64,000 nt of DNA from Microthyrium microscopicum. Taxonomy: Eukaryota. Of this stretch, positions 13,823 to 25,399 are shown piece after piece. Both the position numbers and the translations under genes were made by a program. Each line of letters opens with the position of its first letter. Position 1 is the first letter of the stretch. The notes under the pieces are model-generated. The model was given only the letters and a program-made list of their open reading frames with translations, was not told the DNA's origin and did no database searches. Location: positions 496,001 through 560,000 of the forward strand of contig MU004239.1 of NCBI GenBank assembly GCA_010405405.1, written 5' to 3'.

Positions 13823-15290
13823 ATGGATATTCATGAAAATCAAAAGAGCTTGGATCAGAGTCGACCACTGGAGCGACGCCAGCGGTATAAATCTCCGTTA
13901 AGGTTCTCACGTCATCTTTTCATCCTTGTGACGCTCGTGGCTATTTGGCTACTGTACGGAGGCGGCTCAAGTGTGCTGTCAAACGTCCAAGATGCTGTAG
14001 TCAGCGCCCTAGATGATGCCGCCTATGCTTCAGCAAGTCCGGAGAAAAAGGCTCGGCACATCTTACGGAAGAACCCGTTGATTGGTTTGTTCATATCCCT
14101 TGTATAAGGCATACAATACTAAGATTCTAAAAGATGGCCATAATGATCTGTTGATCAGAATCAGGGGCTTATACCTCAATCAGATCAACCAAGCAGGCTT
14201 TACAGAGCCATTTGAAGAGGGTGGAATGAGCGGACATGTCGATATTCCTCGAATTCAAGAGGGCCTGATGGGCGGTGCTTTTTGGAGCGCGTTTGTACCA
14301 TGTCCAGCTAATGGATCTGATTACTCGGACGACAATTATGCTTACATCGTTCGTGCAACTCTGCAGCAACTCGATTTGTACGATCGGTTGCATTCCCGGT
14401 ATCCAGATTACTTCACGCCATCACCGACCAGCGCAAAAGCAGAGAGTGCTTTCAAGGATAAGAAACTGATATCTCCTATCGGTATTGAAGGCTTGCATCA
14501 AATTGGAAACTCACCGTCAACGCTGCGTCTCTATCATTCACTTGGAGTCCGCTATGCCACGCTCACATGGAACTGCCATAACATCTACGCCGATGCCGCA
14601 ATAACTCGAGATGAATCCGGTTCCTTCGGCCCCTCCAAGCCTCTATGGCACGGCATCAGCGAACAAGGCCGCGAACTAGTCTACGAAATGAACAGGCTAG
14701 GCATGCTAATTGACCTCTCGCACGTCAGCAAAAACACCATGATAGACGCTCTCGTCGGATCAGACAAATGGGGCGGCTGGAAAGGAAGCATTGCACCGCC
14801 CATCTTCTCACACTCCTCCGCGTACTCCATTTGCCCGCATCCAAGAAACGTGCCTGACGATGTGTTGAGGCTAGTCAAGCAGCGAAATAGCGTGGTCATG
14901 ATAAACTTTAGCCCAGATTTCATCTCTTGCAAGGCGAGTGAGGAGGATAATGGATTGCCGGTTTTTGTGCCGGAGAATAATACGCTGGGCCAGGTGGTGA
15001 GACATATTCGTCATATTGGCGAACTTGTTGGTTATGATCATGTTGGTATTGGGACTGATTACGATGGTATTGAGTCTACGCCGAAAGGTTTGGATGATGT
15101 TTCCAAGTTTCCGGATTTGGTCGCGGAGCTTTTGCGTCAAGATATTTCTAGGAAAGATGTCATTAAGATTATTGGCGGCAATGTTCTGAGAGTTTGGCGA
15201 GAGGCTGATGCTGTTTCTGATATGATGAAGTTGGTTCGCAAACCTTTGGAAGAACGCATTGAGCGAGGATGGATCGAAGATTTCGAATAG
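13823..15290 (+). CDS. Membrane dipeptidase (peptidase M19) with N-terminal membrane anchor, 2 exons
   Basis: NPLIDGHNDL after splicing intron 14085-14133. GIEGLHQI, TLTWNCHN, DLSHVS, FSHSS, HVGIGTDYDG. Confidence 0.92.
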
Positions 15291-16776
15291 ACCTTCATGT
15301 CCGCTTGCAAATGCCTGAGCTGATTAAAGGCTTATAGCTGCCAGATCTTGTTTACATAAACATAACCACTATCATAGACATATTCTGAACTGGGACTACC
15401 TTGGAGGCTCGGCTCGGCTGGAATAAACCCCATTGAACAGGTACTTGGCTCAGTGATTGAAGGGTTCGGCCTCTTTGCGGTTTCATGTTCAGCGAATTAC
15501 TCATTCAGTGCTAGTCGCTGCAGAATTCTTCCAGAAGCATTTCAAGGGAATATCCTTGAAACTTGGTGGAGGCTCTGCTCATGAGAATAACACTACTAGT
15601 ACTAGGCAAATATGCTGCCTGATTTGGTGTCGCGCGTCGCATTGGATACACGATGATCCAAAGCGTATAACTTTATATCGGTATTGGTACTTGTCAATTT
15701 CCGTTGGCTATTCATGGACTAACGTATTTTTCCGCACTAGATTTGTGTCCCCTTCCACAAAATGACGGTTTTTCTCGCTGCGGCTAAAGGGCGGTCGAAA
15801 TGGAGAGCGAATTTTACGACGACAGATTGCTTTACATTGTTGGACGCATACATGTGATGCATAAAAGAATCACATTGACATGAACCCTACCTGCAGCCTC
15901 CAGGTATTTCATGACCTAACAGTTTGTACAGGTACAGTCGGTGTCCTGAATGGCTTTTCTCCGAAAAATCCATCGGTACATTGACTCGAACGGCGGTAAA
16001 AAGCTTCCCCGGCCTTTTGGTTTGCATTATACAACCTTCTCTTCCAGTCTGAACAGAAGTGCAAAACATGGGAGCAAATATTTTCAAAATAGATTTTAAG
16101 TCTGGCCCTCCACTCAAAGGATAATATACATTTCATCTCCCCAGTGGATCAAAAAGGTCTGTGACTTTCTTCTATACTCAGACCAGAACATGGAAACGAC
16201 CGAATCACTGGGCTTAGCAAGGTTCCCCATTTCAAGCATTTGTATATTGATCGAGTTAAAATATGGGCATCACGAGGGCACGGCCTACCCGCGGATCCTA
16301 TCTTTTTACTAGGGCATCTACTTTCTCTTCGTCACAGAGAGAATGATATTCTCTTATTACGTATCGAAATTCTAACTACTGGCTGTCAGTGGCTCCACTA
16401 AATGGTTTATACATGAAATCCAGATCGATTCGCAAGAAGCGAATTGAGTGGATGGAACGTCCGTTATTGCTCAAGGATTGCCAACAATGGCTCGTCGGCT
16501 TGTCACAACTATAGGTGACGACTACTCTGCTATATTCTGCTCCTCACGAGATATACCGTTCCTGGCAAGCATAACGTAGGCCTACAATTAATATGTGTGC
16601 TAGTTTAATGGTACATTGGCGATGCTGCCAATGTTCCCTCGAAATTTCGCGACCTGGTGGTTTGTTTCTTTAGCTTTTGGTGCTTCTGTCAAGATTTGCT
16701 ACTCCAGCCTGACAAGTAGCTAATGAGGTGATCAAACTCTAGTCAACGGAAAATCGAAAATCAAAAGACGGAAAAG

Positions 16777-19291
16777 ATGGGCCAGGTTGGGTTTCTTTCG
16801 CTGCTGTTGGCTGGCAAGGCGCTTGCTGCACAACATCACCTCTTCACATCGTCGTTCTCTACACCTAACCTTTACGCCCTGGAATTTGACGACGAGACAA
16901 ACACTCTCATAAACGTTGCGAACATTACTGCAAACTCGGGGCACCCATGGCTATCCTTTTCGTACGACAAGGCTAACCTGTATGCTGAAGAGGCTGGCGC
17001 ATTCACATCATACACAGTCGAGAACAGCACATCGCTCACAAGTCCCAAAAACCTCAAAGTCGGCGCTCAATGCGGACCAGCAGCTGCCGGGGACAATGGC
17101 GCTGGAGTAGTCATCTCAGAACAACGTAGACCATTCAGTGTCTATGGCGCACCAACAGGCTCATGCGGTACGGTAGTGAGCGTGTCGACTGACGGCCGTC
17201 TGGACAAAGTCGCACAATCCTTCAAATACAGAGATGGAAGCTCCATCAAAGGATTCGTTCTGGACCCGGACAATAGGTTTTTGTATTCGGCAGACTCGGG
17301 TGCCAATGGTATCTGGACACATGGAATCAATGAAGCTGGAACTACTGAAAATCCGGTATTCACTGCGCTTCCTTGGGCCAATGCTGGACCTAGGAAGCTT
17401 GTTGTACATCCTAATGGAAAGTATCTATATGTTGTGCTGTCCCGCCGAAATCAGGTCGCTGTCTTTGCTATCAATAGCGACGCGTCGTCAATCAGGACTC
17501 CGCTAACATCTACTGGAGTCACTTACTCCATACTCCCTGGTGGTATGTGATGACTCCATATACTTCTGGCGCACGCTAATGCAGAGTCTAGATGTCAATC
17601 CTAGCGCATACTCCGCCGACGACGTTTTCATCTCAGCAGATGCCAATATCCTATTTGCGAGTTCGCGCTACCGCATCGAACAGCAACCCAACGGCGCGCG
17701 AGACGACGAGGGCAGGAAAGGCTACCTTCGAGCTATCCTACTCACCAGTCTAGTCGAGGCCGATAATCCTATTGCAGGTCGCCAGGTCGCCGCTGGATTC
17801 CCACTGAAGTCACTCTTCCATATGGAACTTCGCACCGGTGGTGGCTACTCGAATGCTATCAGCCCAGCCCCTTGGGCCAACGACTACTTCGCCATGGCAG
17901 ATAGCGAATACGGCATCATCGATGTCTGGAAGATTGACGGCATGGAGTCTGTTGAATACACTGGCGATCTGGCTCGAGATGCTGCAAGCAGACCTCAAGG
18001 CGGCTGGATCAGCAATGCGTGGAGTCCACGCGGGACTATCAGTACTGTTGACATTGCGCCTGCCCCAGTCAAGACAACGCCAGCGAAACCATTTGGCAAT
18101 CGCCCGCCTGTCAAGACTACGCCTGTGCCTGCATCAGTGCCTTCGATTGTTCCATGGGGCGGCGCAAACAACCCACGTCCCATAACTCCCCGTCCCGCAA
18201 TGTCCACTGCTGCTCCTCCCAGTTCCAGCGCTGGATGGGGTGAGTGGCTCGGAAGCATAATTGGAGGATTGGGAGGAGGAGGACAGTATACAACTGGAGG
18301 GACCTGGGGAGGTGATCGAGGAAGTGATCGAGGAGGTGACCGAGGAGGCGATCAAGAAGGATATGACTGGAACAGAGGAGGCGAATGGAACAGTCGTGGA
18401 GGAAGCGGAGGTCGTGGAGGAGACGACGACGATGATGATCGCCGATATAACACACGTTTCCCAGGCCGAGCTGTCGCAACAGGTCTGGTCAAGCGTCAGC
18501 TACATCTCGCTCCTCCAGTGGCCAAGACCACCAGTCCAGTCCCAGCAGCTCCTCAGCCATCAACATCTACTGCTGCGCCGCCAGCTTCTGCGACTATTGC
18601 TCCTATCCCGAAGGCTTCACCTGCACCGACGACTCAAGTACCCATTCCACCACCAAGTCAAGCACCCGCACCTTCGAACCCAGCTCCAAAGCCAGTGTCC
18701 ATCGCCTCTCCACCTGCTCCTCCACCAGCAGCGCCAGCACCTCCTCCTCCGCCTGCTCCACCAGCAGCACCGCCAGCAGCACCACCAGCATCAAGATCAA
18801 CCACCCTCCCCATTCAGACACCCAAACCCATTTCCGGCCCACCACCACCACCAAAGGCCATCCCAGGCCCACCCCGTCAAGAACCACCACCCGCCTCACA
18901 AGCCGTTCCACCACCGCGACCCATCTCCGGTCCACCAGCAATCCCACCACCACCACCCTCCCCATTCAGCAAAACCACGCCCGCGGCTGCACCAGCGCCA
19001 ACCAACAAACCAGGCGTAGTAACAGCACGCATTATCGCAAGCTGGCAAGCACCGGCGGACGGCGGCGTAGCAGGAAGACGATATGAAAGTGAACAAACGG
19101 AGGGTATGGGACCAGCACGAGCACGAGTGGTACCGCATGGTGGACTACAAGTGAAACCATGGACAGGTAGTAAGAATAGGAGGCGACAAGTAGAGGAGAC
19201 TCCAGAGATGGGACCTGCGGTAAAGGGGCAGTATCAAGCAGCGCAAGCGGTTGGGAAGGGATGTTGTGCGAATGCGGTGTGGTTTGATTGA
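16777..19291 (+). CDS. Secreted lactonase-type beta-propeller (carboxy-cis,cis-muconate cyclase-like) with long Pro/Gly-rich insertions, 2 exons
   Basis: Signal peptide, HHLFTSSF..LYALEFDD, HPWLSFSYDK, FLYSAD, GPRKLVVHPNGKYLYVV, SNAISPAPW, C-terminal GCCANAVWFD. Intron 17543-17591. Confidence 0.8.
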
Positions 19292-20342
19292 GAGCACGAT
19301 GTTTAATGTGTATTGTATGGATTGACATGGCGTATTTATTTGTTGTGTATATAAAATTTGAGATATATATGAATTGACCTGAATCATCCATTGACCTGAT
19401 TGTTGACTTCTCAGGGGTAAAAGATGGCCTTCCATCTCTGAGTATCTGTAAATGAATTACTTTTTATTTGATATTTTGGACAACTTCGAAAGGTTTGGCA
19501 TGCTCATAGTACATAATATAATTTATTTATCGGCGTTCTGAGCGTTCATGGAAAGAGGGCGGCTGCTTCCAGTCTTCACCTTGTTTTAGCATTGCACGAT
19601 ATATACACAAACAGCAGAATATTTCTTTCACTAACCAACAGGACGGTCCAGTTTGTCCAATTAATTGAGCTGAAATTCTTCACCATCTTTGTCAGCAAGC
19701 TGGACCAAATACCTGCTTACTCACCACACCTATGGGAGGGGACAATGTGGCTGACTAATGCAGATGCCTCGGTATCTCACCACAATTATGTGGATGAGTA
19801 ACCCTGATGCCTGGTAATATAGTTTCCCCCGAGGGTTTAAGAGGGGGGAACTAGACAGAGGTAATCCCCTAGTGGGGTTAGTGGGAGAGAGGAGGTCTCT
19901 CCTGATTTGTTAAAAAGCCGGGCGAGGCTTTCATTACACTGTCTTTCCTCCACAGCGCATAATACCATGGGTATGGAGGGTGTATTTTTTGTCTTTTTTA
20001 TTACATCGTGAATTCAGAATTTCCTCTTTTAGACAGCTAGCAATCCAAAGGTCACACGTTCAAAAGTGCACCCTTTTTTTTTGCAACTTTGTTTTTACTT
20101 TTCATTTTTGCTTCTCTTTTACTTCTCTGGCACTATGCAATGATCGTAGCTTAGATATCGGTTTAGCTATAGAAAGAATCTTGCGGAACTGCTCTGTATT
20201 TAACTCTTCTTAGAGGCTAAGTATTTTTAGATTATGCGTGACCCCGTCATTTTCTTAACTAGAACACTACGTTTCAATAATCTGAGTCTCTAAGTACTCT
20301 ATCTCTTAGCAACACTATCTCTTTATAAGTAGCTAGACTCAA

Positions 20343-21116
20343 ATGTATCTAAACGCCCAAACTAGTACGCCCATAGCCTCATACCTAAAGCAAACCTTAC
20401 TAACTAGTCCTTCTAGCCATATCTCATTCTCACGTAAAGCTCATCCCTTATCTCCCCCAACACGTCAAGACTTACCACTCCTGGATGCAAAATGAAGTAA
20501 GCAGTCCACCTCCGTCCGCCGCCATGCACTACCAGCAGCCAACTAACATTTTCACTAGCAACTTCGCCAACTCACAGCCTCCGACCTCCTCTCCTACGAA
20601 GAAGAACTATCCAACTGTCACTCCTGGCGCACCGATAACACCAAGCTAACGTTTCTGTCTGCCAACGTTGCTTCTCGCGATAAACGGGCTGAATTGCTGG
20701 GTGATATCAATCTGTTTCTTAGCACGGAGGAACCTGATGACGATGACGTTGGGGGAGAGACGGTTGTTGGGGAGATTAACATGATGATCGCTTCTTCCTC
20801 CACGCGAGGCCAGGGACATGGGACGAGGGTATTGGCAATGTTTGTGTGGTGGGTGGGCGCGCAGCGGGAGGCGGTGGTGAAGGAGTATCTGGGCGAGACC
20901 GATGGAAATCAGAAGTTGGAAGTGCTGGTAGCCAAGATCGATGGAGGGAATGTGACGAGTATAGGACTCTTTGGCAAGCTGGGCTTTACGAAGGTCAGGG
21001 AAGAAGTGAACTACTTTGGCGAGGTGGAGATGCGGGTGCGGTTGGATAAAGCAGTTAAAATTGCGCGGTCGTTGCTTGGGGGAACGGAGCCGGTGGTTGA
21101 GATCTATGATGAGTAA
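20343..21116 (+). CDS. GNAT N-acetyltransferase, NAT9-like, 3 exons
   Basis: Spliced reading MYLNAQT|TISHSHVKLIPYLPQHVKTYHSWMQNE|QLRQLTASDLLSYEEE..SWRTDNTKLTFL, then GDINLFL, GEINMMIA, RGQGHG, SIGLFGKLGF, NYFGEVEMR. Confidence 0.88.
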
Positions 21117-21227
21117 CGATGTGTATGATCCATTTGGCAGGACGAATGAGTAGGGGAAGCTTAGATGTATGATATGCTACAGTTGCCCGCTAATGCAATT
21201 GTTATTAGATACTAGTACAGAGACTAT

Positions 21228-22569
21228 CTATAGTTTTTGGTAGTCGAGCTTGCTTTCTAGCTTCTTCGTCTCGGCCATTTTGCGGACTGCCTTGTTGAAA
21301 TCATCTTGATTTATGGCATCTCGGTAGTCCTTGATGGCGAAGAGACCACTGGAATAAGTTAGTATTGATGGTTCGATCAGAGGAGGGTCTTCTTACGCTT
21401 CTGTGACCACGTTTCGCAAATCAGCACCGTTGAAACCATCGCTCATCTTCACTATACTCTCAAAATCAATCTCGCCCTCCGTCGCCACGCCTGCTGCATG
21501 AATCTTCATAATCTCGAGCCGGCCTACTTCATTGGGAAGCGCAATTTCGATCTTTCGATCTAGACGACCGGCACGAAGTAGCGCAGGGTCAAGTGTATCC
21601 GGGCGATTCGTAGCCATGATGATTTTTGTCTTGCCGAGATAGTCGAAACCATCCAATTGATTGAGAAGCTCCATGAGTGTACGTTGGATTTCTCGATCAG
21701 CCGATGTACCTTCACTGAATCGACGACCACCGATGGCGTCAATTTCGTCCATGAATATGATACAGGGTTCATGCTCTTTGGCATAGCCGAACATTTCGCG
21801 AATGAGCCGCGCCGACTCACCAATATACTTGTCGACAATGGCTGACGATACGACTGGATCATGTTAGTGCCTGCCTAGTATCAACATCGTGTGGGAACTG
21901 CCAACCTTTGAGGAAGTTTGTTTCCAAACTGCTTGCAACCGCTCTCGCCAGCAGCGTCTTTCCAGTTCCTGGAGGTCCATAGAGCAGTACACCCTTTGGT
22001 GGTTTAATACCGACCCGGAGGAAGAGTTCGGGGTTCTTGAGGGGCAATTCGATAACCTCTCGGAGTTCGCGAATCTGTTCATTCAAACCACCAATACCAC
22101 CAAAGCTGACCTGACCTGGATCTTCCAGCGACATGTTGTATACCAATGGATCGACTTCTCGCGGTAGCATTCGCATAATGGTGAGAGTGGTCATGTCAAG
22201 CGCCACTCGCGTGCCTTGCTTTAATTTCTTTTTATCGACCTTGGAACGACATCCTACGACATAGCGGGGACCAGAGGAGGCTTTGACGATAACTGACAGT
22301 AGAGGTTAGCGAGAATTTTTGGCCACTGCTTGGGGATTAACAAGCTTACATCTCTCATCATCCAGTTGTTTCAAGACCTCTCCTATTATTTGTCCGACAC
22401 TTTGTAATGCTTTGATGTTGTCTTCCGATACATCATAATCGTGTTGTAGGCCCTTGATATCTAGTCGTAGAGCTTTGAGTCTTGCCTCCATTTCTCTTGA
22501 TTCCAGGAGCTTAACTCTGAAATCGCCGAGCGCATGATCACGCTCGGGGTCGGAGTTTGAGGAGCTCAT
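21228..22569 (-). CDS. RPT4: 26S proteasome regulatory AAA-ATPase subunit Rpt4/Sug2 (10B), 4 exons
   Basis: [70 protein letters not shown]-terminus [12 protein letters not shown]. Confidence 0.97.
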
Positions 22570-23068
22570 TGTGGTTGTAACGCGATGATGGCAGGAGGTG
22601 TAAGGTTCGAGAGAGCGAAGGTTCAAGGGGTAGATGACGCTGAAAGATGAAGGGTTGAGGGTTGGCGGATGATTCTTGTTTTGTTCAGACTGAGTTCACT
22701 TGAAGCTCAAGGCAGTTGAAGCTTCGCAAGTCGTGCACGGAGCAGGCGCCATACGCCAAGACCGTATCCCTGTCGTTTCTGCCCGCTACGGCCAAACTTC
22801 GGATGCCTTTTGTTGCCAAGCGTTTGGACCTTGACTTTATTTTCTTTCCAAACTTTTTGCTCCAACTTCTTTTCCACCACAACATTCACCACCAGCCTTC
22901 ATCATGCTGAGCATCATGGCTATCTTTGTCGCTACATATTCTGAGAGCTTCTAGCGATGCCTTGTCAATCTGTGATGAGTACAGAATTGCTCAGCATGTT
23001 GCCGCTGGTGGTTCACAGCTCCTGTAAGTTTCAACTTTTTCTTCAAGCACATTTCCACCCCATTTTGA

Positions 23069-23177
23069 ATGATGACACAACAAGAATGTCTTCTTTCCCA
23101 GGCAGAATCGACCATGAAGAGACTGCTTTCGGGTTGCGTCGCAGCAAACCTGTTACTTGCCAGTATACTTTGTCTGA
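23069..23177 (+). ncRNA. snR190: Box C/D snoRNA, snR190 ortholog
   Basis: C box ATGATGA 23069-75. GTCTTCTTTCCC 23088-99 is antisense to the conserved LSU rRNA GGGAAAGAAGAC. D' CAGA 23103-06, C' ATGAAGA 23114-20, D CTGA 23174-77. It lies directly upstream of U14, as in the fungal snR190-U14 cluster. Confidence 0.8.
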
Positions 23178-23412
23178 CACTATTTCAACTTGCTTGAAAT
23201 CTCACTTTGTCTGCGAAAAATCTCGCTAACATGACTACAGATCTGTAGTATTCACTTGTTTATTTACTGGATGCCTGCTCTTGAGCCTCGGTCATGGCAC
23301 TGAGGCTTCAGTTCTTCCTTCTGGTATAGATTGGTGACTTGAGCCCGCTGTTACCAGTCATTTAGCGTAAGGTCAGCATTATCTCCCTTGCACAACTCAC
23401 ATCTCCTTCTAC

Positions 23413-23513
23413 ATGACGAAAACTTTTCCACATTCGCAGTTTCCACGTTAGCATCAAACGAACCTATTTCGATGCCACATGAACGAATAACTACGCCTTT
23501 CTTGGATGTCGGA
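23413..23513 (+). ncRNA. U14: U14 box C/D snoRNA
   Basis: Domain A CATTCGCAGTTTC 23431-43 (antisense to 18S GAAACTGCGAATG). Y-domain stem GCATC..GAACC..GATGC 23451-75. Domain B GCCTTTCTTGGATGT 23495-23509 (antisense to 18S ACATCCAAGGAAGGC with one G-U). Variant boxes ATGACGA and CGGA. Confidence 0.92.
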
Positions 23514-23837
23514 CCCTTGAACTTCACATTTGAACTTTGCATGATTTACAAAGACAATGAGCTAACACTATTGTGTATTAGATTTACATTCCGTCCACCG
23601 ACGTAGAGCGTGATGCCAGTGAGGCTTGGAGTTTTGTTGTACGCTGGAACTAGATAGGTCTGGATAAGGTTGACGAGAGATTTGGTTCTGTAGCGGAGTC
23701 TACTTCAGGTTGCATTAGTAGCGCATGATGGTAGCATGAATTCATATTATAATAACGCTCATCACTTTTATCTATCTTAGCGCTTGAGTGCAACGTGAAA
23801 CAGTCCAATAATCTACTCTTTCTCTCGCCCGACCTAA

Positions 23838-25361
23838 TCACTCCAATAGCTTCTTCAGTACCTCGATCTGCTTCATGACCGCACTCTTACTGCATCCACC
23901 AGTCGCCGTCCTCTGCTCCACGCTTCGTTGATAGTCAAAGATGCTCTTGATATCATCCCCAAATCTCGCATCAACCTCCTGCAGCTCTTTGACACTCAAT
24001 TGATCCATCGGCCGTCCTTGTTTCTCCGCCAACGCCACAACCTGCCCACTAATATGATGCGTATCTCTAAATGGAACGCCCTTGCGCACTAAATACTCGG
24101 CCAAATCCGTCGCGAGCATATCTGGACTTAGCGCTGCCTGCATCTTTGCAGGGAAAATGGTGAGTGTGGAGAGAACGCCTGTTGCGATCTGAATAGAGTC
24201 GCCGACGGTCCGGACGGTGTCGAGCATAGCTTCCCAAGATTCTTGTAGATCTTTGTTATATGTGGATGGCGTGCCTTTGACGCTCATCATTAGACCGGCC
24301 ATGTGTCCAAACGTACGTCCCGCTTTTCCTCTGAGCAGCTCAAGGGAATCTGGGTTTTTCTTTTGTGGCATCAGACTTGATCCGGTGCTGTAGGCGTCTG
24401 CGAGTCGGACGAAGGCGAATTCCGCGGTGGAATAGATTATCAGGTCTTCTGCTAGTCTGCTCATGTGCAGCATGAGAAGGGACCCCCATTGCAAAGTCTC
24501 GATGATAAAGTCCCGGTCCGCAATGCCGGCCATGCTGTTGGGAAGCACGGATTCGAAACCTAGTTCGGTGGCCATGGCTTCGCGATCGATACCGAAAGGG
24601 TTTCCGGCGAGGGCGCCGAAGCCGAGAGGGGAGCGGTTTACGCGGGCGTGGACTTGGGAGAGACGTTCGTAGTCTTGGGAGAATGCGGTTGCGTGGGACA
24701 TTAGTAGGTGGGACCAGCGGACTGGTTGACTGTGAAACTGTTAGAGACTGACAGTCTGGGAAACTGGTAAGGGTGGTGCTTACGCGCGCTGTAAATGGGT
24801 GTAGCCTGGCATAACGTGTTCGATTTCAGCCTCCGCTCTGCTAGCAATCGTCTTTAAGAGTGTGGCCAAGTATCCATTCATATCAGTCAGACGGTCACGA
24901 AGCCAGAGACGCATGTCTGTTGCGACCTGGTCATTGCGGCTACGGCCAGTATGTAGTTTGCCAGCGACATCTTTGCCAATGATCTCGCCGAGACGGCGCT
25001 CATTGGCGGTGTGAATGTCTTCGTCTTGGCCAGGCACGATCACGAACTTGTCGGCTTCCCATTCTGCTTTGACAGCGAGGAGACCTTTCTCGATCTTGGC
25101 GAACTCTTCTTCCGTAAGGATGCCGGTTTTTATGTTGGCGCGGGCAAAAGCTATGGAGCCGGCGATATCTTGGGCGTAGAGGGCGCGGTCAAAGTGGATG
25201 GACTCGTTGTATGAGACCATAAGAGGATCGAGACCACCTGTGAGAGAGTTAGTGACGAACAGCTTTGTGTATCTAGAAATAGACTCTATACCGGTGAAAC
25301 GACCTCCCCAGAGCATGTTCTCCTTGGGGGCAGAGCCATCTTTTTGTGTATTGGAAGCCAT
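23838..25361 (-). CDS. ARG4: Argininosuccinate lyase, 3 exons
   Basis: [66 protein letters not shown]. Confidence 0.97.
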
Positions 25362-25392
25362 TGATGTTGTTGTAGTAGTATATTGGTTTGAC

Positions 25393-25399
25393 TGACTCA
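25393..25399. promoter_or_regulatory. Putative Gcn4/CpcA (general amino-acid control) element TGACTCA upstream of ARG4
   Basis: Exact consensus about 32 nt upstream of the ARG4 ATG. Confidence 0.5.

Larger units (their letters stand above)
23024..23581 (+). ncRNA. Spliced non-coding snoRNA host transcript (two introns; transcript ends not defined)
   Basis: Intron 1 is 23024-23240 (GTAAGT..GCTAAC..CAG) and intron 2 is 23367-23581 (GTAAGG..GCTAAC..TAG). Each is about 215 nt and contains one box C/D snoRNA. The exons show no convincing ORF. Confidence 0.75.

Noticed and set aside
18261..19138. Long alternative-frame and antisense ORFs over the Pro-rich region
   Set aside because: Shadow ORFs caused by low-complexity CCA/GCA codon repeats.
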